Of a DNA stretch of 64,000 nt, positions 29,026 through 37,912 are shown piece by piece. The notes beneath the pieces were generated by a model. That model worked only from the letters and a program-made list of their open reading frames with translations. It was not told the DNA's origin and made no database searches. The DNA lies in contig CP084166.1 of assembly GCA_021513695.1 (NCBI GenBank), positions 2,336,001 through 2,400,000 on the forward strand, read 5' to 3'. The number at the start of each line of letters is the position of its first letter. Position 1 is the stretch's first letter. The position numbers and the translations under genes were made by a program. This DNA comes from Candidatus Heimdallarchaeum aukensis. Lineage in GTDB: Archaea; Asgardarchaeota; Heimdallarchaeia; Heimdallarchaeales; Heimdallarchaeaceae.

Positions 29026-30153
29026 TTGATAAAAATAAAACTGACTCCCAAGGTTGATACTTTTTTAACATTAGAAGAAATTATTTCCAAATCTTCAGCT
29101 GAAATAGAATATGTTTACTCCCTTCTTAAAAAAAGAGGAAAAAATCTTTTTAATCTAATAAAAGAAGCAGATGAAATACGCTTTAAATTAGTTGGAGATA
29201 AAGTGAGTTTTGTTGTTAATTACAACATAAACTTCACAAATTACTGTGTTGGTTCATGTAAATTTTGTTCGTTCAAAAATAGTAACAACTCGCTAATAAA
29301 AGGATACAGAATGGATACTGATAAATTCAAAGAATCAGTAGAAGATGCTATTAAGAAAGGAGTAAGTGAAATTTGTATCCAAGGGGGGTTGGATCCTACT
29401 TTTACGTATGAGAATTATTTAGAACTAATAAAAATCATACGAAGAATTTCTCCTACTGTCCATATTCATGCATTTTCACCTTCTGAAATAGCGTATATGT
29501 CACACATTAGTGAAGAAAATGTTGAAGATGTATTTAGAGAGTTAAAGTCTAAAGGACTGAATTCATTTCCTGGTACTGCAGCAGAAATATTAAATGATGA
29601 GGTTAGAAAAGTTATTTGCCCAGAAAAAATAACAACACAAGAATGGATAGACATTGTTATTACAGGGCATAACCTCGGAATACATTCCTCTTCAACTATG
29701 ATGTATGGTCACATAGAATCTTTACTAGATGAAGCAAAACACTTGGTTATCCTAAAGAAAATTCAAGAAGAAACAGGAATGTTTACAGAGTTTGTACCAT
29801 TGCCTTTTATTCATCATTATACTCTACTCTACAATAAATACGGTGCCCAACCAGGAAGTACGGGATTACATGACTTAACTATATTTAGTTCAGCAAGAGT
29901 ATATTTTGATAGTAGTATTCCTAATATTCAAGTATCTTGGCCTAAACTTGGCCTAAAATTTGCTCAATTTTCCTTGTATGCTGGTGTCAATGATTTAGGG
30001 GGAACACTTTTCCATGAGAATATTTCTAAAAGTGCTGGAGCAAGATACGGAGAATTCACATCTGTTGATGATTTTGTTAGAATAATCGCAGATGCTGGAA
30101 GAATTCCTGTTCAAAGAAATACGATATATAAGGAAATACTATCTTATGAGTAA
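29026..30153 (+). CDS. cofH: radical SAM FO synthase subunit CofH-like (subunit 2); alternative MqnE
   Basis: 'NYNINFTNYCVGSCKFCSF' (CxxxCxxC) with a C-terminal 'GVNDLGGT' block shared with CofG; paralogous to the preceding gene. Confidence 0.65.
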   Translation: MIKIKLTPKVDTFLTLEEIISKSSAEIEYVYSLLKKRGKNLFNLIKEADEIRFKLVGDKVSFVVNYNINFTNYCVGSCKFCSFKNSNNSLIKGYRMDTDKFKESVEDAIKKGVSEICIQGGLDPTFTYENYLELIKIIRRISPTVHIHAFSPSEIAYMSHISEENVEDVFRELKSKGLNSFPGTAAEILNDEVRKVICPEKITTQEWIDIVITGHNLGIHSSSTMMYGHIESLLDEAKHLVILKKIQEETGMFTEFVPLPFIHHYTLLYNKYGAQPGSTGLHDLTIFSSARVYFDSSIPNIQVSWPKLGLKFAQFSLYAGVNDLGGTLFHENISKSAGARYGEFTSVDDFVRIIADAGRIPVQRNTIYKEILSYE

Positions 30154-30262
30154 GAAAACCTATTTTGTTTTTCTTCTTATTGTATATTTTCTTTCTACTA
30201 TCAACGTTCAAAGAGTAAAATAACCTTTTTATGTAATGATTTCCACTTTAGAATAGAAGTCG

Positions 30263-31123
30263 ATGTCACCTAGCAAAACAAAAGAGCCTATAAATATATT
30301 TAAAGCGCTTTCTAATCCAATTAGAAGAAACCTAGTTAGTTTTATAGGTGACAAAACAAGATATGGCGATTCTGTTTCTTTTACTCAAATTCAACAAGAA
30401 TTTAATATGAAAGTAGGAACTCTATACCACCATCTTGACTCATTAGGGGACTTGATTACACAAGATGAGAAGAAAAAGTATTTACTTACTCCCAAAGGAG
30501 TTCAAGCTTATAATTTAATAGAAGATAAGATCGATGCATTTGCAAAGGAAATGCCCACATTTGGACCTTTTTCTTTTTTACATAGAGTTTTTTTACGTAA
30601 TTACTTCGAAAAAATTCAGTCTGATCCCTTACGCTTTTTAGGTATTTCACTATTTATTTTTTCTGGGTTGGTGACTGGTTCGTATTTCTTATCTTATGGG
30701 CCAATCTTCATATTTCCCACTTTAATAAGTCCACAATTCTTAACCCCTGTTCTATTTGTTCTATCGGCATTAGTTATTTATTTACTCATAGAGCTTTTTA
30801 CTTCTCTTTTTTTTAGGAAAACAACAGACAAACTAGCCTTATTTCAAGCTGTTCTCTATTCTCAAATCCCTTTGTTTATCTTTTCAATTATTGAGTATTT
30901 TGTTATGGATGTAGACTACTCTGTTTCACCTTTAGACATCTCTATTTGGCTTTTCTTGCTCTTAATTTTCATTCAGCTATTATTCTTAGGAGTAATTATT
31001 GAAGCACTGATTGTTATTAAAGGATTAAGAATGGAGAAAGCAGGTTTGATAGCACTATTGGTAATCTATTTGCTTAATCTTTTCTCATTTTTATTATTAA
31101 GGGGGTTGGTGGTGAGCATATGA
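30263..31123 (+). CDS. membrane-tethered winged-helix (ArsR-like) transcription regulator
   Basis: N-terminus 'IFKALSNPIRRNLVSFIGDKTRYGDSVSFTQIQQEFNMKVGTLYHHLDSL' (ArsR-type HTH), followed by about 5 TM segments. Confidence 0.5.
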   Translation: MSPSKTKEPINIFKALSNPIRRNLVSFIGDKTRYGDSVSFTQIQQEFNMKVGTLYHHLDSLGDLITQDEKKKYLLTPKGVQAYNLIEDKIDAFAKEMPTFGPFSFLHRVFLRNYFEKIQSDPLRFLGISLFIFSGLVTGSYFLSYGPIFIFPTLISPQFLTPVLFVLSALVIYLLIELFTSLFFRKTTDKLALFQAVLYSQIPLFIFSIIEYFVMDVDYSVSPLDISIWLFLLLIFIQLLFLGVIIEALIVIKGLRMEKAGLIALLVIYLLNLFSFLLLRGLVVSI

Positions 31124-34100
31124 AAAAGTTACAAAATTTTCGAATTAAGTTCACTAACCTAGTATTCGAAAAAATTCGAAATAAAGCTTTTTCAAGAGAG
31201 AAAAGTATACTCTTTTTGAGAGCGAGTAAGTTGAAAAGTGCATTATATTCTAATCAGATTCCAATAGCCCCATCATCTCTGAAACGATACATTGCACTTT
31301 TACTCCTCTCACTTATGCTTTTCTCTTCTCCTCTTCTAGCTCGTGGATTGACCTATGATGGTAGTCCACGAGCTCTTTCTTCCATAAATGTTTCTTCAAC
31401 ATTATACCAAGAAAAATTGAGTTTTATAACAGGAAAAAATGATAGTTTATTGGCTAGTTTGTCATTAAAAGGAGGAAACATGGATTTTGATATGGAAATC
31501 CCATCATCAATTTTATACAAAATAAAAGATCTCTCCCTTATTGTTTCAAACCAAACTTTCTTTCAAGATGTTTGGACTAATCCTTTATGGAGATATCCAA
31601 CTGGGCTGAATATATTGTTTACAATTAATTCACAAAATCCAACTGTTGTAGAAAATGCTATTCATGATATAATGACAATCATAAACAATCAATATAATGT
31701 AAGCTCAATTGTTTATTCTATTAATTCTTTTAATGAAGGAGAAACTAAAGTTTCGATCTTTTCATTCATTGACTTCTTTTTACAGAAAGAAATATTTACT
31801 GATATTTTTGGAATTAATGAGACTGTAAGTAATGGAAATTTTGTTTCTCTTTTTCATTCTCAATTATTAAAACGTCCATCTGTTTATGCCTTTGGTTTTT
31901 ATCTATTTCTAAGAAATGGTGAGATTCAATATCTTACTCGAAAAGCGTTTGTGTCCATAAAAGAGAAAATTCCTGTGGTGAACAATGAACGATTGCTTGA
32001 ATTAAGCTCTATACTCGGAACTTCACTTATGCCAAATACTAATGCATTGTATTCTAATATCGATATTAGATTCCCATTTTTAGCTAATTTTACATTAGTA
32101 AGACCCTTTCCAACAAATGTTGCCCCCAAATTGTCTGGGCTCTTTCAATGGGTGCTAAAAACTCCCTTATTTGTAATTTTTCCCACCTTTAATGCTTGTT
32201 TGCATTATTACTTATCCGTTGAAGATAGTGCAAAATTTCCAAGAGTTATCATAACTAACTCTTATTCTGATACTTTAATTGAAGAAAATGGTATCTTCAA
32301 AATGAATTATGAAGTAGAAAATATAGGGAACACTATCGCTTATAACACTACCTTGTTCTTTCCAATTCCTCGTGAACTTGAGTTCTATTCAAAAGAAAAC
32401 CTTTCTGTTCCCGTTCTAAAGGACGAAATCGAAATAAATTCGAGTTTTAGTAATGAAATTAAATTGAAAATTGATATTCCTTATCTATTAAAAGAGACAG
32501 ACTTACTTCTGCGAATATTAGGTTGGTATCAAAATGTTTCAACTAACGCATTAGAAAGATGGAATGATACTACTCAGATTCCACTATATGGAACTGAATT
32601 AACACTGATCTCAGAATATGGGTTTCCATCTGATCTTGTTGACTTATTAGTAAATTTCATTATTCCATATCTTATGAAAAACTATGATACAGTTCTAGAG
32701 CTATATAATGATCTAGATACTGTGGTCGAGATATTATATCTGTCACTTATTTCTACTTATAATACAACTTTCCACGCTTTCTATGATATGAAACCAATAT
32801 TTAATTACATATCAGATGATTTTCAAATAATTCACACTTCTTTTGGAAGCTTTCTTTATTGTGTAATTCCAGAAATTGGTGTAAATGAAACTATTAGAGT
32901 AAATTGGTCAATTGAAAATATTCCAACAAAATATGATCGAGTAGGAATATTTAACCTAACATCTGAAACCAATGATGATCAGGTTATAAAGAAATATGCG
33001 ATATTTCAAACAAAGAATACAGATTATCATACTCTTCTCATATCTAAATATTCAGAAACTGACAGTACAGGACGGATATTGAGTGATTACGATGAAATAA
33101 CGAATTCATTCATTAATATTGGTACCCGATTTAAGTATTCGAACATAAATGGGGATGAATATTATGGTTTGACAAACGGTATAAATATTCAAATTGGGGA
33201 TGATGAGGCCATCATAGAAAGTAAATTGACTACATCTAGTTCTGTATATTCTGTTGGGGATAATATATTTTTAACATTAAATATAACTAATAGAGGACAA
33301 ATACCTGCATATGATATTAATATTGAAATTGCCAACATCAAACTAGATTTCCTATGGCAACCTAGCGACATTATAAAATTAAAGAGTTTAACGATTGATT
33401 CGATTGCTCCTAACGAAAGTTTTGTGAGGGTAATTCAATTAAGAGCAAACAGCTATATAGGTTTTAATACTTATATTGCGTTTATTAGTTTTGTTTCTGA
33501 CAAAGATCAACATGGTGTTGAAGTAACTAATCCTTGGACAAATCAAACTTCAGTGTGGACATACGGTGGTGAAACAAAGAATATTGTTACTTCTACATTA
33601 GTTTCTGGATTGCTTATTCCTTCTCAGTCATTTGTGAATAAATCCAGACCTAGTTTTCCTTTACCTGAGATAGTGTCAAATGTTAGTTATTCACTCTCTC
33701 CCGCCAATTCTACTGTAACTGTACAATATGAAATAAGCAATACTGGCTTATCAGAAGCAAACGTTTCCATCACACAATTTCTCGATAATTCCACCTATTC
33801 TTCCCTAGAATCGGTCGAAATTAGAAAAAGTGAAGTCAGTTATAATTATGTAGCTAGTAGTTACCTAACTTATATTAAATTAAATCTGATAGAGCAAGTT
33901 ACTCTTCTTCCTGGAGAAAAAGTAACAATAACAGAGACTTATTCTGTTAAAAACACTAAATTAGTTCTTTCACCTTTACAAATAGAGTATTATTCACTTT
34001 ATGAGATAATGACAACTGACTTCCAATCCGACTACACTGATTTTGGTGAAGAAAGCACAGTTTTTGTTAGCGAGTATTTACACTTCAGCCCACTAACCGC

Positions 34101-34320
34101 AACCGAAAGCGATCAAGCCAAATTCAAATGGTCTTCGTATTCTGACAACATTGATATTGATTTACCACCAATAGAAGAGGAACAAACAACGAAATTTGTA
34201 GTTACTTTTCCTGAAATCCACTTTATGTTTATACTCGTGAGCGTTGGCACAGCAACAGTTGTAGTAAGTATATTTTCGATTATAAGTGCAATATTAAGAA
34301 AAAGAAGAGGATATATGTAA
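31120..34320 (+). CDS. large (1066 aa) secreted/surface protein with N-terminal signal anchor and C-terminal TM plus basic tail
   Basis: ATGA overlap with the upstream regulator. Hydrophobic 'YIALLLLSLMLFSSPLLA' near the N-terminus. C-terminal 'FMFILVSVGTATVVVSIFSIISAILRKRRGYM'. No recognised catalytic motifs. Confidence 0.5.
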   Translation: MKKLQNFRIKFTNLVFEKIRNKAFSREKSILFLRASKLKSALYSNQIPIAPSSLKRYIALLLLSLMLFSSPLLARGLTYDGSPRALSSINVSSTLYQEKLSFITGKNDSLLASLSLKGGNMDFDMEIPSSILYKIKDLSLIVSNQTFFQDVWTNPLWRYPTGLNILFTINSQNPTVVENAIHDIMTIINNQYNVSSIVYSINSFNEGETKVSIFSFIDFFLQKEIFTDIFGINETVSNGNFVSLFHSQLLKRPSVYAFGFYLFLRNGEIQYLTRKAFVSIKEKIPVVNNERLLELSSILGTSLMPNTNALYSNIDIRFPFLANFTLVRPFPTNVAPKLSGLFQWVLKTPLFVIFPTFNACLHYYLSVEDSAKFPRVIITNSYSDTLIEENGIFKMNYEVENIGNTIAYNTTLFFPIPRELEFYSKENLSVPVLKDEIEINSSFSNEIKLKIDIPYLLKETDLLLRILGWYQNVSTNALERWNDTTQIPLYGTELTLISEYGFPSDLVDLLVNFIIPYLMKNYDTVLELYNDLDTVVEILYLSLISTYNTTFHAFYDMKPIFNYISDDFQIIHTSFGSFLYCVIPEIGVNETIRVNWSIENIPTKYDRVGIFNLTSETNDDQVIKKYAIFQTKNTDYHTLLISKYSETDSTGRILSDYDEITNSFINIGTRFKYSNINGDEYYGLTNGINIQIGDDEAIIESKLTTSSSVYSVGDNIFLTLNITNRGQIPAYDINIEIANIKLDFLWQPSDIIKLKSLTIDSIAPNESFVRVIQLRANSYIGFNTYIAFISFVSDKDQHGVEVTNPWTNQTSVWTYGGETKNIVTSTLVSGLLIPSQSFVNKSRPSFPLPEIVSNVSYSLSPANSTVTVQYEISNTGLSEANVSITQFLDNSTYSSLESVEIRKSEVSYNYVASSYLTYIKLNLIEQVTLLPGEKVTITETYSVKNTKLVLSPLQIEYYSLYEIMTTDFQSDYTDFGEESTVFVSEYLHFSPLTATESDQAKFKWSSYSDNIDIDLPPIEEEQTTKFVVTFPEIHFMFILVSVGTATVVVSIFSIISAILRKRRGYM

Positions 34321-34578
34321 TTACCTTAAATCAAAATCATCTGAAGTTAGATTCTTCAGAAAAGCCATCATTTCTTCTTGCATATCTTGACTTTGTTTCA
34401 TGCTCATTGTCTGTGCATAAAACATTGTAAACAATTCTCCTAGTAAGCATTGTGTGCATAGTTCTGTAGTAAGCTCCTCATTTGGAAATCTACAAGGAAA
34501 ATCAAGTTTTTTTACGTTACCATTTGGATCTCTTGCATTAATACTTGGCTTCCATTTACATTTTCTCGTTGACTGCAT
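34321..34578 (-). CDS. small Cys-containing hypothetical protein
   Basis: 85-aa ORF convergent with the upstream gene; four Cys residues (CKWKP...CRF...CTQC). No recognisable family. Confidence 0.3.
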   Translation of the reverse strand: MQSTRKCKWKPSINARDPNGNVKKLDFPCRFPNEELTTELCTQCLLGELFTMFYAQTMSMKQSQDMQEEMMAFLKNLTSDDFDLR

Positions 34579-34746
34579 TTTAATTCACCAAAAAGAAAAA
34601 ACTTTCTGATTTCCTTTTTCTTATTGGATTAAAAGCTTTATTGTAAAAACCTTTTCAGTTTCAAGATTTAAATGATATTACTTTTTATAATAACTGCTTG
34701 AGGTTAAAAGTGACATGTTTAAAAAGAAAAAACTTCTTTTTCGTTT

Positions 34747-37293
34747 GTGAAATGTCCCGATTGTAGTAAAACCTTAACGATTGAAGAAAAAAGTCACACA
34801 TTTACTTTTCGTTGTCAATTTTGTGGATACTACTCAAAAATTGTTGGTGCTAAAAATGTTGAAGAAGCTTATAAGAAGACTGTGGAGAGGGCTATAGCTC
34901 AAAACAATATAATCCAAATATCAAAAAAAGAATCAGAACAACTAGTTAAAAGATTAACTCTTCAAGAGAAAATTAATCTGATTAAAAAAGGGAATGGTGA
35001 TCCTTCTAATCTCCCAAATCCCTTAGTTAAATTGTTAAGACATCCTGACTTAGAACCAGTTTACTATTTATTCTTGGAGCAAAAGTCTCCAGCTTTAGCT
35101 AAAGATTCCCTTTTTCTTCCATCTGAATTAAGTTCCTTTCTTAAGAAAAAGGGTTTTGTTCAATTATATGAATTTCAAAAACAATCGTTCAAAAAGATAA
35201 CAGAAGGAAAAAATGTAGTTATTGTAGCCCCAACTGGAACAGGTAAAACCGAGGCTTTCCTTTTTGCTATATTAACAGAAATTTGGGAATCTCATCCTCA
35301 TCCTCTATTACGAAATGGTCCTTATGCAATCTTTATCTATCCAAATAAAGCTTTAGCTAGAGATCAACAAAAGAAGATAAGCGAATATAGTTCAAAATTG
35401 GGAATAACCTGTGAAATTTTTGATGGCGATACTTCACAATCCAAAAGAAAAAAGATTTTGGAAAATCCTCCTGATATTTTAATAACAAATCCTGATATGC
35501 TACACTATCATATGCGAAAACCTAGTTTTAGGAGTCTGCTTTATCCGGTAAAGTTTGTAGTTATAGATGAAGTTCATGTGGCCGTAGGAGCATTTGGAAC
35601 AAATCTTTATTTTATAATTAGGCGATTAAGTCGATTGACAAAAAATAAATTACAATTTATTGCTGTTTCTGCCACAATAGGTAATGCCGTTGAGTTTACT
35701 TCTAAATTATTTAACAGCCCTTCTATGGATATAGTAGAAGTAACAGATGCACGAAAAGCACCTACTCATCTTATGATTGTGTATCCATATGGAACAAGCC
35801 AGTATACACTTACAGGAGACATTACTCGATTACTTGCTTCATCTGGTAGAAAAATCTTAGTTTTCCAGAATAGTCATAAAAATGCAGAAATTATTAATCT
35901 CCTTCTCAGCCAGAGAATGAAAATTGACAGCGCAGTGCATAGAGCGGGTCTCACAAAGAAATATAGAGCACAGGTAGAAAAAAGATTTAGAGATAATGAA
36001 CTAGATGTGTTAGTTTCAACGCCTACTTTAGAATTAGGAATAGATATTGGCAGTGTAGATTCTGTTGTATCTTCAATTGTTGACTTTACAAGGTTTACTC
36101 AACGATTAGGTAGAGCAGGAAGAAAAGGACAAGAATCAATAGGTATTCTTATTCTTAGGGACAATGACCCGATCTCTACCTATTATGCTTTTTACCCTGA
36201 AGACTATTTTGAAGACATAAGAAAAGGATTTATTGAACCTAAAAATGAACTCATTGCCTACTACCAAATATTATCCGCTGTGATGGATAAACCTCTAAAA
36301 GAAAATGAATTTCAAGAGTTTAAACACATTATTTTGAATCTTGTAAATGATGGTTTAGTTAAATTAGCACCAAAAGGAGAATTTCAAATAGCTGATTATT
36401 CAAAGGTTAGAAAAGTTTTGTCAGTATTTAACTTAAGAGGAATCGGTGATACTATCGTAATTGAAGATATCAATGGCAAAGAACTAGGTAGTCGTTCAAT
36501 GCCAATGGCTGCAAGAGAGTTACATCCGGGGGCAATATATTTACTAGGCGGAAAATATTATCGCTCTCTGTCCTTTCAGTATGATCCGAGATTAGGTCGT
36601 GGAAGAGTTAAAGTTCAAAATATTCCGCCGCTTAATAAAAAAACTACTGCTTTACGTTTTGCAATGCCTGAGATTATTAAAATTCATGAATTAAAGAAAA
36701 TTACTGGAACAGAAGCAATTTACTGTGATCTACGAATAACAGAAAATGTAATTGGTTATTCACTTTCTGATATCTTTACTGATGAGAATGTTGAAAACAT
36801 CCCGTTAAAAGAACCTATTCAGTATTCTTTTGTAACTAAAGGATTTATGTTTGTGATGCCAAAACCTCAAAAAATCTTCAGAAATTACCCCGATAAGCAT
36901 GAAGATGAACTAGCCACTGGCACATTTCACGCAATTGAACATGTTTTAATCGAATCAAGCGAAATGATAACTGGTGGAGGAAGTAATGAAATAGGAGGTA
37001 TTTCAATGGGACATTCTGGAGCAATTTTTGTGTATGATGGAGCTAAAGGAGGTTCTGGTCTTTCAAAGCTACTTTTTGACCGATTAGATGAAGCGCTTGA
37101 TCGTTCATTAAATATCCTTAAGAAATGTACATGTAAAACAATGGACGGTTGTCCTAGATGTACCTATAGCTATCAATGTGGAAACAATAATTTCCCACTG
37201 AACAAGTATGGTGCTATTGAATCTCTGACACTTGTTAAAAAATCTAAATTAAAAATCATTGAAGATGTGAGCGGTTATAATCCTCTGATCTAG
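34747..37293 (+). CDS. DEXH-box helicase with N-terminal zinc ribbon and C-terminal DUF1998/MZB domain (YprA/MrfA-DrmA-like)
   Basis: Motif I 'VAPTGTGKTEAF', II 'VIDEVHV', III 'SAT', VI 'QRLGRAGRKGQ'. C-terminal 'CTCKTMDGCPRCTYSYQCGNNN' (DUF1998 four-Cys knuckle). N-terminal 'CPDCS...CQFCGY'. GTG start. Confidence 0.8.
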   Translation: MKCPDCSKTLTIEEKSHTFTFRCQFCGYYSKIVGAKNVEEAYKKTVERAIAQNNIIQISKKESEQLVKRLTLQEKINLIKKGNGDPSNLPNPLVKLLRHPDLEPVYYLFLEQKSPALAKDSLFLPSELSSFLKKKGFVQLYEFQKQSFKKITEGKNVVIVAPTGTGKTEAFLFAILTEIWESHPHPLLRNGPYAIFIYPNKALARDQQKKISEYSSKLGITCEIFDGDTSQSKRKKILENPPDILITNPDMLHYHMRKPSFRSLLYPVKFVVIDEVHVAVGAFGTNLYFIIRRLSRLTKNKLQFIAVSATIGNAVEFTSKLFNSPSMDIVEVTDARKAPTHLMIVYPYGTSQYTLTGDITRLLASSGRKILVFQNSHKNAEIINLLLSQRMKIDSAVHRAGLTKKYRAQVEKRFRDNELDVLVSTPTLELGIDIGSVDSVVSSIVDFTRFTQRLGRAGRKGQESIGILILRDNDPISTYYAFYPEDYFEDIRKGFIEPKNELIAYYQILSAVMDKPLKENEFQEFKHIILNLVNDGLVKLAPKGEFQIADYSKVRKVLSVFNLRGIGDTIVIEDINGKELGSRSMPMAARELHPGAIYLLGGKYYRSLSFQYDPRLGRGRVKVQNIPPLNKKTTALRFAMPEIIKIHELKKITGTEAIYCDLRITENVIGYSLSDIFTDENVENIPLKEPIQYSFVTKGFMFVMPKPQKIFRNYPDKHEDELATGTFHAIEHVLIESSEMITGGGSNEIGGISMGHSGAIFVYDGAKGGSGLSKLLFDRLDEALDRSLNILKKCTCKTMDGCPRCTYSYQCGNNNFPLNKYGAIESLTLVKKSKLKIIEDVSGYNPLI

Positions 37294-37367
37294 TTGTAAT
37301 ACCCTAGTAATGTTCACATCATGTGCCCATGTTATATCATTTTTTTAGGTAAACCAAGAATTGGTTC

Positions 37368-37787
37368 TTGATCAACATGCTATCGTCATCAAATCTTAAT
37401 GTGAAAGAGATGCTTAATATTGCTCTCGACTGTATTTTCCCAACTAGTGAATCAATAGAACCTGAAATATTAAAAGAAATCACAAAATTCTTAGAACAAC
37501 AAGAACCTCAAGCTCCAACAGAAGATGCTGAAATTGTTAGAGGTGAAATAAGGAAAGCATTAATCCACTTTAAAAATCGTCCTTATTTGTATAATTCTAG
37601 AAAGAAAATTGAGAGTCTATTACTTAAGAACGAAAATTGGAAAAAATTCATTATTGCTCCTCATTCATTTAAAGATGAACTTATTGAAGCAGGGTTATCA
37701 TCAAAAGAGATAGCATTGTTGAAATCATCTCTTGAGAATGCAGAAAACACATTAAACCTCCTAAAACATATTCCCCAACCTCACTAA
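37368..37787 (+). CDS. hypothetical small protein downstream of helicase
   Basis: 139-aa ORF, predicted helical, no recognisable motifs. Confidence 0.35.
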   Translation: MINMLSSSNLNVKEMLNIALDCIFPTSESIEPEILKEITKFLEQQEPQAPTEDAEIVRGEIRKALIHFKNRPYLYNSRKKIESLLLKNENWKKFIIAPHSFKDELIEAGLSSKEIALLKSSLENAENTLNLLKHIPQPH

Positions 37788-37912
37788 TCTTTTTGCATTC
37801 TCCTTTTTTTAAATCCTATTCTTTTTTCTTGTTAATTTCATTCTCCTTTTTACTCTCAATTACATGAAAAAAAAAGATAATGTTTTAAATTATTGATTTT
37901 TTCTTAATTTTA

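Noticed and set aside
27961-30153. Alternative interpretation of the two radical SAM genes as MqnC/MqnE (futalosine menaquinone pathway), with the amidohydrolase as aminofutalosine deaminase
   Set aside because: Not fully excluded. Disfavoured because the first gene's 'TRQCRNNCRYCSF' closely matches the CofG signature, and because a RibD_C/ArfC pyrimidine reductase is translationally coupled in the same operon. The reductase has a role in FO synthesis but none in the futalosine pathway.
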